In this document: piece by piece, positions 25,775-35,277 of the stretch
Layout of the letters: each line of letters begins with the position of its first letter
How positions within the stretch are numbered: position 1 is the first letter of the stretch
Source: Patescibacteria group bacterium
GTDB lineage: Bacteria > Patescibacteriota > Minisyncoccia > Phycocordibacterales > UBA9973
Direction: 5' to 3'
Assembly (NCBI GenBank): GCA_040390725.1
Contig: JAZJXT010000001.1
Span: 152,586 to 216,585 of the forward strand
Length of the DNA stretch: 64,000 nucleotides
Notes under the pieces: generated by a model
The model's database searches: none
Seen by the model: the letters and a program-made list of their open reading frames with translations, nothing else
What the model was told of the DNA's origin: nothing
Position numbers and translations under genes: made by a program

Positions 25775-26998
25775 CTATAATTTTAAATTATTCTTGATGC
25801 TTTTTACAGCTTTCTCGATATCTTTTTTATGTCCGAAAGCAGAAAGGCGGATGTAGCCTTCGCCTTGTGAGCCAAAGCCCGAGCCGGGCGTAGACACTAC
25901 GTGTGTTTCATTTAAAAGTTTATCAAAAAATTCCCAAGAGCTCAGAGCATTCGGAGTTTTTACCCAAAGGTATGGAGCATTGTCTCCGCCATAAACTGTG
26001 AAGCCGAGTTCAGTCAGACCTTTTTTGATAATTTTTGCATTGTTCATATAATACGCAATCATTTTTTTGCTTTCTTTTTGTCCTGCGTGGGAGAGTACTG
26101 CAAGTCCGCCTTCTTGGGAAATATTTGACGCACCGTTGAAAGTCGTAGATTTAAAACGATGCCATAAGTTATTTATTTTACCCTTCTCAGTGCCTTCTAT
26201 GGCCAAGTCTTTGGGAACAATAGCCCAGCCTAGGCGCACTCCGGTAAAACCCGCCCATTTCGAAAAACTGCTTATTTCTATCGCGCATTTTTTTGCGCCC
26301 TCTATTTCATAAATACTTTTTGGTAAATTTTTATCAGAAATATATTCAGCATAAGCAGAATCAAAAATAATTACCGATTTATTTTTCAAAGCATAGTTCA
26401 CAAATTTTTTTAATTGTTCTTTTGTCGCCACTGCGCCGGTGGGGTTGTTCGGACTACAAACATAAATCAAATCAGTTTTTTCTTTTGGAGGAGTCGGGAT
26501 AAATCCGTTTTTCTCATTACATTCCATATAAATCAAACCCTCATATTTTCCATTTTTAAATTCTCCCGTCCTTCCTGCCATGACATTACTGTCCACATAG
26601 ACAGGGTAGACAGGGTCCCCGATGGCGACTTTATTGTCCAAGCCGAAAATATTTTGGATGTCTGCAGTGTCGCCTTTGGCACCTTCACTGATGAAAAATT
26701 CATCAATATCTAAATCCACTCCCATTTTTTTATAATAATCTACAAATGCTTTACGTAGGCGTGTATCACCCTGACCTATGCCATATCCTGTATATGTTTT
26801 TTCTTTGGAAAGTTTTTCTACGCCTTTTTTTAATCCCTTTATTATGGTTGGAGTTAGGGGTTCGGTAGTGTCGCCAATTCCTAAGCGCAGTATCTCAATA
26901 TCCGGATTTTTTTTCATAAAGTCTGCTGTGCGTTTTGCTATTTCTATGAAAAGATATCCTGCTTGCAGTTTGTCGTAATTTTTATTTATTGTCGTCAT
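25775..26998 (-). CDS. dapL: LL-diaminopimelate aminotransferase
   Basis: 407 aa; the N-terminus NKNYDKLQAGYLFIEIAKR and overall aminotransferase class I/II features; dapA and dapB are adjacent. Confidence 0.8.
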   Translation of the reverse strand: MTTINKNYDKLQAGYLFIEIAKRTADFMKKNPDIEILRLGIGDTTEPLTPTIIKGLKKGVEKLSKEKTYTGYGIGQGDTRLRKAFVDYYKKMGVDLDIDEFFISEGAKGDTADIQNIFGLDNKVAIGDPVYPVYVDSNVMAGRTGEFKNGKYEGLIYMECNEKNGFIPTPPKEKTDLIYVCSPNNPTGAVATKEQLKKFVNYALKNKSVIIFDSAYAEYISDKNLPKSIYEIEGAKKCAIEISSFSKWAGFTGVRLGWAIVPKDLAIEGTEKGKINNLWHRFKSTTFNGASNISQEGGLAVLSHAGQKESKKMIAYYMNNAKIIKKGLTELGFTVYGGDNAPYLWVKTPNALSSWEFFDKLLNETHVVSTPGSGFGSQGEGYIRLSAFGHKKDIEKAVKSIKNNLKL

Positions 26999-27006
26999 TT
27001 ATTTTT

Positions 27007-27909
27007 TTATATAAGTTTCAAATCTTTCAAAGTTTTTTCCACGACGATTCTGTTTTTATCTTCAATGTTTGTCAAAGGCAATCTGAAATTTTCTTCAATC
27101 ATTCCCATTTTTGCCAAAGCTGTTTTGACTGGGATAGGGTTTGACTCGATAAAGTTTACATTCATTAGTTCTATAATTTTATAATGCAAATCTTTTGCTT
27201 TTGTAAAATCTCCCGCCATTGCAAAGTGTGTCATATCAGAGAATAATTTTGGTATTTCATTGCAAACTACGGAGATGCAACCTTGCCCGCCCAGTGCAAT
27301 CAAAGGTACAGTGAGAGCATCATCACCGGATAAAACCACAAAATCTTTTGGACCGTTTTTATTTACTTCATTTATGATGTCCATTATTTGTATCAACGAG
27401 CCCGAAGCTTCTTTAACAGTGCGTACTTGTGGCACTTCGCGCGCGATGCGCAAAATAGTCATAGGCATAGCATTTGAGCCAGTTCTGCCTGGAACATTGT
27501 AAAGAATAATAGGCATATCTACGGCTTTTGCAATCGCTTTAAAATGTAAAATTAGCCCGTTTATCGTAGGTTTATTATAAAAAGGTGTCACATGCAGTAA
27601 TGCATCTGCTCCGGCCTTTTTTGCAAGTATGGAAAAATTAACCGCCTTTTTTGTGTCATTTGATCCGGCTCCCGCTATGACTGGCACCTTGCCTGCGACT
27701 TCTTTCACAACTGTTTTAATAACTTCTACGTATTCTTGTTCGTTTAGAGTTGCCGCTTCACCAGTAGAACCACAAGCCACTATGCCGTCCACTCCGCCGG
27801 CGAGTTGATAGCGAACTAATTTTTTAAGAGCTGGTAAATCAAGTGCGCCATTTTTTTTAAATGGTGTGATTATCGCTGGTATGGAACCTGTTATTTTTAT
27901 ATTTTTCAT
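27007..27909 (-). CDS. dapA: 4-hydroxy-tetrahydrodipicolinate synthase
   Basis: GSIPAIITPF...GVDGIVACGSTGEAATL...; 300 aa; part of the dap operon. Confidence 0.9.
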   Translation of the reverse strand: MKNIKITGSIPAIITPFKKNGALDLPALKKLVRYQLAGGVDGIVACGSTGEAATLNEQEYVEVIKTVVKEVAGKVPVIAGAGSNDTKKAVNFSILAKKAGADALLHVTPFYNKPTINGLILHFKAIAKAVDMPIILYNVPGRTGSNAMPMTILRIAREVPQVRTVKEASGSLIQIMDIINEVNKNGPKDFVVLSGDDALTVPLIALGGQGCISVVCNEIPKLFSDMTHFAMAGDFTKAKDLHYKIIELMNVNFIESNPIPVKTALAKMGMIEENFRLPLTNIEDKNRIVVEKTLKDLKLI

Positions 27910-27914
27910 ATTTT

Positions 27915-28673
27915 TTATGTTAACTTGTCAAAGATTTCCTCAAAAGAGTAAAAACCTTTTTTATTATTAATAAATTTCGCCGCGACTAGTGCCCCCGTGG
28001 CAAAGCCGGTTCGATTGTGCGCTTGATGTGAAAGTTTTACTGAGTCCGCATCGCTTTCAAATACGACTTCATGAAAACCCGGATTCCTACCACCGCGTAT
28101 TGATGCGAAATGAAGCTCGTCAGAATTTATTTGCCTGTCTAGTTTTTCAACTTGCAGAGATTTTTTGTTAGGGAAGTTTCCTATTATTTCTTCGGCGATT
28201 TTTAATGCCGTTCCAGAAGGGCTGTCTTTTTTTGCTATGTGATGAATCTCTAATCCATAAACATCATAGCCAGAGAATTTTGCAAAAAGTTTTGAAGCGA
28301 AAGCCGTCATTTTGAAAAATATATTTGCGCCGATAGAAAAATTTTTCCCATAAACCAAACCGATTTTATTTTTACTAACTAATTTTTTTACTATATTAGT
28401 ATTGTCATACCAGCCCGTAGTTCCTATAACCATGTTTTTCCCAAGTTTTGAAATTGTCTCGATATTTTTCATTACTTGCTCTGGCGCAGTAAAATCTATA
28501 GCGACGTCTGCTTTTTTAATTCCGGAAATATCTAAATCTTCATTAATAGAATTTTTATAGCTAATGCTGACAACTTCAAGATCACTGGACTCGTCGCAAA
28601 GTCGAGCTATTTCCTTACCCATTTTTCCATAACCTATCAAAGCTATTTTTATTTTTTGTATTTTTTTGCTCAT
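27915..28673 (-). CDS. dapB: 4-hydroxy-tetrahydrodipicolinate reductase
   Basis: KIALIGYGKMGKEI Rossmann N-terminus; 252 aa; first gene of the dapB-dapA-dapL operon. Confidence 0.85.
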   Translation of the reverse strand: MSKKIQKIKIALIGYGKMGKEIARLCDESSDLEVVSISYKNSINEDLDISGIKKADVAIDFTAPEQVMKNIETISKLGKNMVIGTTGWYDNTNIVKKLVSKNKIGLVYGKNFSIGANIFFKMTAFASKLFAKFSGYDVYGLEIHHIAKKDSPSGTALKIAEEIIGNFPNKKSLQVEKLDRQINSDELHFASIRGGRNPGFHEVVFESDADSVKLSHQAHNRTGFATGALVAAKFINNKKGFYSFEEIFDKLT

Positions 28674-28777
28674 ATTACTGCTTTATTTAGTACTATATAA
28701 ATATAGCTTACAAAGCAACTAAATACAAATTTTTTGAGTTTTTTAACAAAATGCGGGAGTGATGTAAAAATTGGCAA

Positions 28778-28813
28778 AAAAATACACAGGAGAAACTATG
28801 TTTTCCTGTGTAT
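28778..28813 (-). terminator. Rho-independent terminator (minus strand) after a small GC-rich gene
   Basis: acacaggagaaac-tatg-ttttcctgtgt hairpin followed on the minus strand by a T-run. Confidence 0.5.
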
Positions 28814-28816
28814 GCT

Positions 28817-28999
28817 TTAATGAATCCCGGGGTAGGATGGTTTTGTTCCCCGATTTTGACCTAATAGGTCAAGAGGGTCCGGGTCTGGTGGCTCCGGCTG
28901 CTCATCGTCTAAAAGAGGTCTATCCGGAGTATCCGGCACCTCAACCTTTGCTTCAGGTCCATTTGAGGACCCAGATTTATCACTTACTATTTTTCCCAT
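28817..28999 (-). CDS. Small acidic, proline-rich protein (60 aa) in a locally GC-rich patch; an sRNA is the alternative
   Basis: MGKIVSDKSGSSNGPEAKVEVPDTPDRPLLDDEQPEPPDPDPLDLLGQ...; it has its own terminator. An overlapping plus-strand ORF also exists, so the coding strand is uncertain. Confidence 0.3.
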   Translation of the reverse strand: MGKIVSDKSGSSNGPEAKVEVPDTPDRPLLDDEQPEPPDPDPLDLLGQNRGTKPSYPGIH

Positions 29000-29086
29000 A
29001 AAAATTACTAAATGGACTTTAGTATATCATAAAATATTATAAAATCCACTTTTAAAAATGAATAAATTGTTTTTTTATAAAAGCTT

Positions 29087-29098
29087 TGTGGTATAATT
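29087..29098 (+). promoter_or_regulatory. Extended -10 promoter (TGgTATAAT) 7 nt upstream of the cupin ATG, so a leaderless mRNA is possible
   Basis: tgtggtataattatcgacATG read directly. Confidence 0.35.
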
Positions 29099-29104
29099 AT
29101 CGAC

Positions 29105-29455
29105 ATGTCAGAATTTAAAATATTTCAAGTTGAACGTCCGTGGGGGAATTTCCGGCAATATAATCACAATAGCCCTTGTACGGTAAAAATAATCACAGTT
29201 AAGCCGAATGAAATCTTGAGTTTGCAAAGCCATCAAAAGCGTGCGGAATTTTGGCATGTGCTTTCAGGGGACGGTACGATTCAAATAAATGAAAATAAAT
29301 ACGAGGTTAAAGACGGCGACGAGTATCATATTCCAATAGGCGCAAAACACAGAATGTCTGGGGGTTCTTCCGGTCTTGAAATTTTAGAAATTTCCACTGG
29401 TGATTTTGATGAAGCAGATGTAGTTCGTTATGAAGATAAATATGGCAGGTCTTAA
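29105..29455 (+). CDS. Cupin-domain protein (mannose-6-phosphate isomerase type II C-terminal-like)
   Basis: RPWGNFRQY...LSLQSHQKRAEFWHVLSGDGTIQIN matches the ManC/PMI cupin signature. Confidence 0.65.
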   Translation: MSEFKIFQVERPWGNFRQYNHNSPCTVKIITVKPNEILSLQSHQKRAEFWHVLSGDGTIQINENKYEVKDGDEYHIPIGAKHRMSGGSSGLEILEISTGDFDEADVVRYEDKYGRS

Positions 29456-29458
29456 ATT

Positions 29459-30617
29459 TATGGCAAAAACTTCCGTAAAAAAAGTAACTAAAAAAGTTGT
29501 AAAAAAAGTTGCACAAACTAAGATAAAAACTCGTGCCAAAAAGATTGTTAGAAAATTAATTAAAAAAACAACAAATAAAAAACCTGTAAAAAAAGTTGTA
29601 AAAAAACCATCTCCAGTAAAACTCGAAAGAGCAAAACATAATCCTATAATAAAACCGCGAATGTATTCATGGGAATCAAAAGCTACGTTTAATCCCACGG
29701 CATTTTTGGACGGCAGTGATGTGCATATTGTCTACAGGGCAATAGGGGAGAGTGACTCTTCGGTATTGGGGTATGCTCTTTCTCATGATGGCTACCATAT
29801 CCTCGAGAGACCAACTTATTTTATTTATAAACGTTTTTCGGATCTTTCTCCAGTGGGCGAGCCGATTGATTATATTTCTGGCGGAGGATGGAGTGGAGGC
29901 TGTGAAGATCCACGCATTACTAGGATAGGTGATATGGTATACATGCTTTATACTGCTTTTGATGGGTGGGGTTCGGTACGTATTGCTTTTACTTCGATGC
30001 CTCTTGAAAATTTTAAGAAAAAGAAATGGCATTGGAAAAAACCGGTTTTTATTTCTCCACCGGGGAAGGTACAGAAAAATTGGGTTTTATTTCCAGAAAA
30101 AATAAATGGGAAATACGCAATATTGCATAGCATGTCGCCTAGAGTTATGATTGCTTATTTTGATAGCTTGGATGAATTGAATGGTAAAAAATTTATAGAA
30201 AGTTTTCGAAAAGTAGATCCGGAATGGCAAAATTCTTGGGATACATGGGTACGAGGTATCGGTCCTGCACCTATTAAAACAAAACTCGGCTGGCTCTTGC
30301 TTTATCACGCAATGGACAAAAATGATCCTGACAGATACAAGCTCGGTGCGATAATCACGGACATAAAAGATCCGACAAGAATTTTATATCATTCCGATAA
30401 TCCTATCTTGGAGCCGGATGAGCATTATGAGAATCATGGACATGCGCATGGAGTTGTTTATTGTTGCGGAGCAATAGTAAAAGATAAAAAACTTTTTGTG
30501 TATTATGGCGGAGCGGATAAGTATACATGCGTAGCATCTGTGTCGCTCGAAGAACTTTTAGAAGATTTGCAAACTGGAAAAGTTGCGAAGTTAAATAAAT
30601 TAAAAAAGAAAAAATAA
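29459..30617 (+). CDS. Glycoside hydrolase family 130 (DUF377) protein with a Lys-rich N-terminal tail
   Basis: HNPIIKP..WESKATFNPTAFLDG..VHIVYRAIG and GGCEDPRITRIG are GH130 phosphorylase/hydrolase hallmarks. Confidence 0.65.
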
Positions 30618-30618
30618 T

Positions 30619-32547
30619 ATGTACGTAGTAAAAAGATTAGAAGAAAATCCGATTTTAGCGCCAAATGGAGACCGGTATTGGGAAGCATTTGCTACTTTTA
30701 ATCTTTGCCCTGTAAGGCATGGTAAATATATTTATGGATTGTTTAGAGCCATTTCCGCTGTGGATACGTTGCAGACTCCTCGTCAGATGTCTGTTATTGG
30801 AATAGGGAAAAGTAAAGACGGCGTGCATTTTGAAGATAGAGTGCCATTTATAATTCCGGAAGAAGAATGGGAACAATTCGGTTGCGAAGACCCAAGAGTT
30901 ACTTTTTTTGAGGGAACTTTCTACACTTTTTACACAGCACTTTCAAAATATCCTTTTGGCGCTGAAGGCATCAAGGTGGCTGTCGCTCTTTCTCGAGACT
31001 TAAAAACAGTTTATGAAAAGCATTTCGTTACACCCTTTAATGCCAAAGCCATGACTCTTTTTCCGGAGAGGGTAAATGGTAAAGTCACAGTTATTTTTTC
31101 TGCCCATACTGATTCTCCTCCTGCAAAAATGGTAATAGCGCAAGTAAATAAAATTGAAGAGTTATGGGACAATAAATTTTGGGAAAAGTGGGAAGAAAAA
31201 ATTGACGAGCATACAATTGATCCTCGCAGAAATGAATATGACCACGTAGAAGTCGGAGCTACTCCAATAAAAACAAAGCATGGTTGGCTTTTAATTTATT
31301 CGCATATTCAAAATTATTTTCGTTCACCGGAAAATCTCGATAGAATTTTTGGCGTCTCAGCTTTGTTGCTTGATTTGAATGATCCTAAGAAAATAATCGG
31401 TCGCACTCGCGGGCCATTACTAGTACCACAGGAGACATATGAGCTTTCCGGAGATATTCCCGATGTTATTTTTCCAAGCGGAACATTGATAGAAAAGGAT
31501 ACCCTTACTATATACTACGGCGCCGCGGACACTACGGTGTGTTCGGCGCGAGTTAATCTGACAGACTTGATTTCCAGCATGAGCTTGGAGCATTCTGATA
31601 AATGGCATTTTTTGCGAGCGAAAGAAAATCCGATTATAATTCCAAAAATAGAACATTCGTGGGAAGCGCAGGGGACTCTGAATCCGGCGGCAATTTTACT
31701 GAAAGGCAAAACTCATATTTTATATAGAGCTTTTTCTTCGGACAATACTTCGAATATCGGGTATGCAGTATCTGATGATGGTATAAATATCACAGAAAGA
31801 TTAGCGGAGCCAATATACGTACCACGTGAGGATTTTGAAAGTAAAAAAATAAATAATGGATATTCTGGTTGTGAAGATCCTCGTCTGACGAAAATCGGTA
31901 AAAATATTTATATGTGTTACACGGCATTTGATAGCGTGGGGCCTCCACGTGTGGCGATAACATCTATTACCGAGAAAGACTTTTTGGCGCGCAACTGGAA
32001 ATGGGAAAAACCATTTTTAATTACACCGGAAGGTTTTGATGACAAAGACACATGTCTTTTCCCTGATAAATTTAAGCAAGGTTATTTTATTTTACATCGT
32101 GTGGGTGATGAAATTTGTGGAGATTATTTAAAGTCTCTTGATTTTAAGAGTGAAATTATTAGAAAATGTATTCATGTTTTAGGCCCGAGACGGAATGCTT
32201 GGGATAGCGCCAAAGTCGGTATTACTGCTCCACCCATAAAAACAAAATACGGCTGGCTTTTATTGTATCACGGTGTTTCAAAAAGCCACGGTACATATCG
32301 TGTAGGGGCGGTATTGCTCGATTTGAAAGATCCGGCGATAGTTTTATCACGTAGCACTGATCCTATTTTTGAGCCGGAAATGGAATATGAAAAAGTTGGT
32401 TTTGTGAAAAATGTTGTTTTTCCTTGTGGAATGACCGAAAAAAATGGGATTTTGTATATATATTATGGTGGGGCTGATAAGGTAGTGGGTGTAGCTACTA
32501 TGGATCTCAATATTATCTTAAAAGCCTTGTTAAATGGGATTAAATAG
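30619..32547 (+). CDS. Tandem double GH130 (DUF377) domain protein
   Basis: Two copies of ENPI..P....WEA.ATFN..., FGCEDPRVT / SGCEDPRLT and YIYYGGAD. Confidence 0.65.
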   Translation: MYVVKRLEENPILAPNGDRYWEAFATFNLCPVRHGKYIYGLFRAISAVDTLQTPRQMSVIGIGKSKDGVHFEDRVPFIIPEEEWEQFGCEDPRVTFFEGTFYTFYTALSKYPFGAEGIKVAVALSRDLKTVYEKHFVTPFNAKAMTLFPERVNGKVTVIFSAHTDSPPAKMVIAQVNKIEELWDNKFWEKWEEKIDEHTIDPRRNEYDHVEVGATPIKTKHGWLLIYSHIQNYFRSPENLDRIFGVSALLLDLNDPKKIIGRTRGPLLVPQETYELSGDIPDVIFPSGTLIEKDTLTIYYGAADTTVCSARVNLTDLISSMSLEHSDKWHFLRAKENPIIIPKIEHSWEAQGTLNPAAILLKGKTHILYRAFSSDNTSNIGYAVSDDGINITERLAEPIYVPREDFESKKINNGYSGCEDPRLTKIGKNIYMCYTAFDSVGPPRVAITSITEKDFLARNWKWEKPFLITPEGFDDKDTCLFPDKFKQGYFILHRVGDEICGDYLKSLDFKSEIIRKCIHVLGPRRNAWDSAKVGITAPPIKTKYGWLLLYHGVSKSHGTYRVGAVLLDLKDPAIVLSRSTDPIFEPEMEYEKVGFVKNVVFPCGMTEKNGILYIYYGGADKVVGVATMDLNIILKALLNGIK

Positions 32548-32647
32548 TAGATTCGGGCAAAAAAGCTTGCTTTTTTATTTGGAGTATGCTATACTTTCTT
32601 TGTGAGTGTGAGGTTTGTCTCACATTAATCGTAACAACATAAGTGCC

Positions 32648-32676
32648 GCAAAAAACGCCGAAAGGCGTTTTTTGTT
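32648..32676. terminator. Bidirectional terminator between convergent genes
   Basis: aaaaaacgcc-gaaa-ggcgtttttt. Confidence 0.55.
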
Positions 32677-33930
32677 TTAGTTTTTACTTACCCAGCTTCC
32701 TGCCACATATCCGGTAGTCCAGCAGAGTTGCAAGCTGTATCCGCCCGTGGGCCTATCTATATTTAAAATATCACCAACGAAATAAAGGTTTGGATAAATT
32801 TTCGAATGCATAGTTTTAAAATCAACTTCATCTAGCGACACTCCACCGCTCGTGATGATGGCTTTTTCTACTCCCAAAAGTTTGTCCACTTGCATACGCA
32901 AATCTTTCAATAAATGCGTAAGCTTTTTTCTTTCTTCTTTTGTGACACTATTGCAGTTTTTCTCCGGGTCTATTTTTGAAAGTTCCACGATGACCGGCGC
33001 CATGGCGGACGGCACCAATTCTTTTAAAGAATTTTTAAATTTCTTTTTGTCGTTTACTTTAAATATTTCTTGCAGTTTTTTATCTATCATTCCGTGGTCT
33101 TGTTTGGGCAACAAATCGAGCGATATATTTACATCGCCATATTTCAAAAGCTCGCCTATGTCTTTGCTCATATTTAAAATTGTCGGACCACTCACGCCCA
33201 CGTGCGTGAAAAGCATTTTGCCTATTTTCATATCTTGCTTTTTGTCATTTTGAAAAACTGTGATTTTAATATCAGAGAGGCTCACCCCTGCGAGCTTTTT
33301 TATCCAAGTATCCTTGATGACGAGTGGCACGAGCGATGGCGCGGGAATAATAATTTTATGCCCGATGTCTTTCAGCCATTTATATGCATCACCGGTCGAG
33401 CCTGTCTCCGGGCGAGATGTGCCTCCCGTAGCTATCACAATATTTTTTCCATATACCACTTTGTTTTTTGTTTTTACTCCGACAATTTTTCCATCTTCAC
33501 GAATAATTTCTGTGACAGGGGAATCAGACAAAACACTCACTTTATTTTTCTTCATATTTTCTACCAGCACATCCCATACGCTTTGCGCTGAGTTTGAAAC
33601 AGGGAATGTCCGCAATTCATTCTCCACTTTTGTGTTCATTCCTTTCATATGAAAAAATTCCAAAGTTTCCTTCACTGCCCATTGCGAAAAACTGGAAAAG
33701 AGGAATTTCCCATTATCTTTGAATTTTAGTAAAAGCTTACGAGTATCAAATTCCGAATTCGTCACATTGCACCTGCCTCCGCCGGTGATGAGCAATTTCT
33801 TGCCGAGCGTTTTGTTTTTCTCAATTACTAAAACTTTCGCGTCATTTTCCCCAGCCGTGCCCGCGCACATCATACCCGCAGCCCCTCCACCGACTATTAT
33901 CACATCCCAGATTATTTCCTTATTTAACAT
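32677..33930 (-). CDS. NAD(P)/FAD-dependent oxidoreductase, HI0933/YhiN family
   Basis: DVIIVGGGAAGMMCAGTAG...VLVIEKNKTLGKKLLITGGGRCNVTN is the family N-terminal signature. Confidence 0.8.
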   Translation of the reverse strand: MLNKEIIWDVIIVGGGAAGMMCAGTAGENDAKVLVIEKNKTLGKKLLITGGGRCNVTNSEFDTRKLLLKFKDNGKFLFSSFSQWAVKETLEFFHMKGMNTKVENELRTFPVSNSAQSVWDVLVENMKKNKVSVLSDSPVTEIIREDGKIVGVKTKNKVVYGKNIVIATGGTSRPETGSTGDAYKWLKDIGHKIIIPAPSLVPLVIKDTWIKKLAGVSLSDIKITVFQNDKKQDMKIGKMLFTHVGVSGPTILNMSKDIGELLKYGDVNISLDLLPKQDHGMIDKKLQEIFKVNDKKKFKNSLKELVPSAMAPVIVELSKIDPEKNCNSVTKEERKKLTHLLKDLRMQVDKLLGVEKAIITSGGVSLDEVDFKTMHSKIYPNLYFVGDILNIDRPTGGYSLQLCWTTGYVAGSWVSKN

Positions 33931-34063
33931 AATATTATCTTAACAGAAAATGACATTTTTGGTTAGGATTTGTATAAAAAACGTAAATATTAGTCATTTT
34001 AACCCTCAATTTACGTTTTTCTTGACAAAAATTATAAATCGACTATAATATAGATGTATATTT

Positions 34064-34954
34064 ATGAATAAAGTAAATAAAAAAGTTCAAAATTTAATAG
34101 ACTTGAAAAAGACTTTTGATTCTCTTAAAAAGGGTAAGGAGTCTCTTTTGGCTGTTTTAGGTGAAGTGGAGCTTGCTGAGTCGGTTTATAACTCAAATGC
34201 TATTGAGAATAGTACTTTAACTCTTCCTGATACAGAAAAAATACTTCTGGATTTAGAAGTTTCAAAAGATTATTCACTTCGCGAAGTTTTTGAGGCAAAG
34301 AATTTAGCTCGCGTATATGAATATGTAAAAAATAAAAAAGATAATATTGTCTTAAATCAAGACACGCTTCTTTTTATCCACGGTTTACTTATTGGTGGTA
34401 TTGATGATTCTATCGCCGGCAGATTCAGAAAAGCTCATGAATTTGTGAGAGTGGGTAAACATATCGCGCCTGCTCCGGAGCATATCATGCGCATGATAGA
34501 AGTTTTAATAAATGAATATAAAACAAATCATGATTTAAATATTTTTAAAAAAATAGCGTATTTTCATTTACAATTTGAAACAATTCACCCGTTTTGTGAC
34601 GGCAATGGACGTATTGGTCGCGTTCTTATAAACTTACAGCTTCAAGAGTTCGGTTATCCGAATATAATTATTCGTGACAAAGAAAAGAAAATTTATTATA
34701 AAACCTTTTCACAATTTAGAGATGAAAAATCCACGAAGCAAATGGAGCAAGTAATATATTTATCTCTTTCAGAAAGTTTAAATAAAAGAATTGCATATTT
34801 ACAAGGAAAAGAAATTATAACTTTAGCCGAGTATTCAAAAGATAAATCTTTATCTTTGGCTGGACTTATAAACTCCGGCAGGCGTCAGACTATTCCTGCA
34901 TTTCGTGAAAAAGGTGTTTGGAAAATCAGCAATAGCTATGTCGTGGAAAAATAA
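34064..34954 (+). CDS. Fic family protein (AMPylase type) with an N-terminal inhibitory motif
   Basis: Fic motif HPFCDGNGRIGR, plus S-x-x-x-E-N (SNAIEN) in the N-terminal helix. Confidence 0.85.
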   Translation: MNKVNKKVQNLIDLKKTFDSLKKGKESLLAVLGEVELAESVYNSNAIENSTLTLPDTEKILLDLEVSKDYSLREVFEAKNLARVYEYVKNKKDNIVLNQDTLLFIHGLLIGGIDDSIAGRFRKAHEFVRVGKHIAPAPEHIMRMIEVLINEYKTNHDLNIFKKIAYFHLQFETIHPFCDGNGRIGRVLINLQLQEFGYPNIIIRDKEKKIYYKTFSQFRDEKSTKQMEQVIYLSLSESLNKRIAYLQGKEIITLAEYSKDKSLSLAGLINSGRRQTIPAFREKGVWKISNSYVVEK

Positions 34955-35239
34955 ATGAGCTACTACGCAGATAAAGGGAATAAATATCCGCAAAATCCTG
35001 AATTAGTTTTGGACTTTCACGGCTACACGACGATGGAGTGCAAAGAAGAACTCGATGAGCTTATTGGAAATAGTGAATACTCGCATATCCGCATCATCGT
35101 AGGCAAAGGGCAAAATAGCGCAAACGGACCCATCCTCCCAGACTTTGTCCGCAATTATCTCACAACCCGCAACATCCGCTTTAATCAATCCAAAATTCAA
35201 GCCGGCGGCGCAGGTGCCTTGGAGGTGTTTTTGGATTAG
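34955..35239 (+). CDS. Smr domain protein
   Basis: LDFHGYT..E....L...IG..EY.HIRIIVGKGQNS fits the Smr pattern. The start abuts the Fic stop (TAAATG). Confidence 0.6.
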   Translation: MSYYADKGNKYPQNPELVLDFHGYTTMECKEELDELIGNSEYSHIRIIVGKGQNSANGPILPDFVRNYLTTRNIRFNQSKIQAGGAGALEVFLD

Positions 35240-35277
35240 AATTTTTTTAAAAAATGATGTAGAATCTATAAGTTATA

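Noticed and set aside
28771-29001. Plus-strand 76-aa ORF in the GC-rich patch
   Set aside because: It overlaps a minus-strand ORF that has its own terminator, and the coding strand cannot be resolved from sequence alone. It is reported only as a finding; the minus-strand alternative is listed at low confidence.
29307-30308. Minus-strand ORFs within the cupin/GH130 genes (29307-29698, 29676-30032, 30087-30308)
   Set aside because: Antisense to genes with clear GH130 motifs; low-complexity Phe/Lys-rich translations typical of AT-rich antisense.
35145-35277. Upstream extension of the MmeI-like ORF (track start 35145)
   Set aside because: The extension overlaps the Smr gene in another frame and lacks similarity. 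Homology to MmeI begins at MISLNEIK (ATG 35278).
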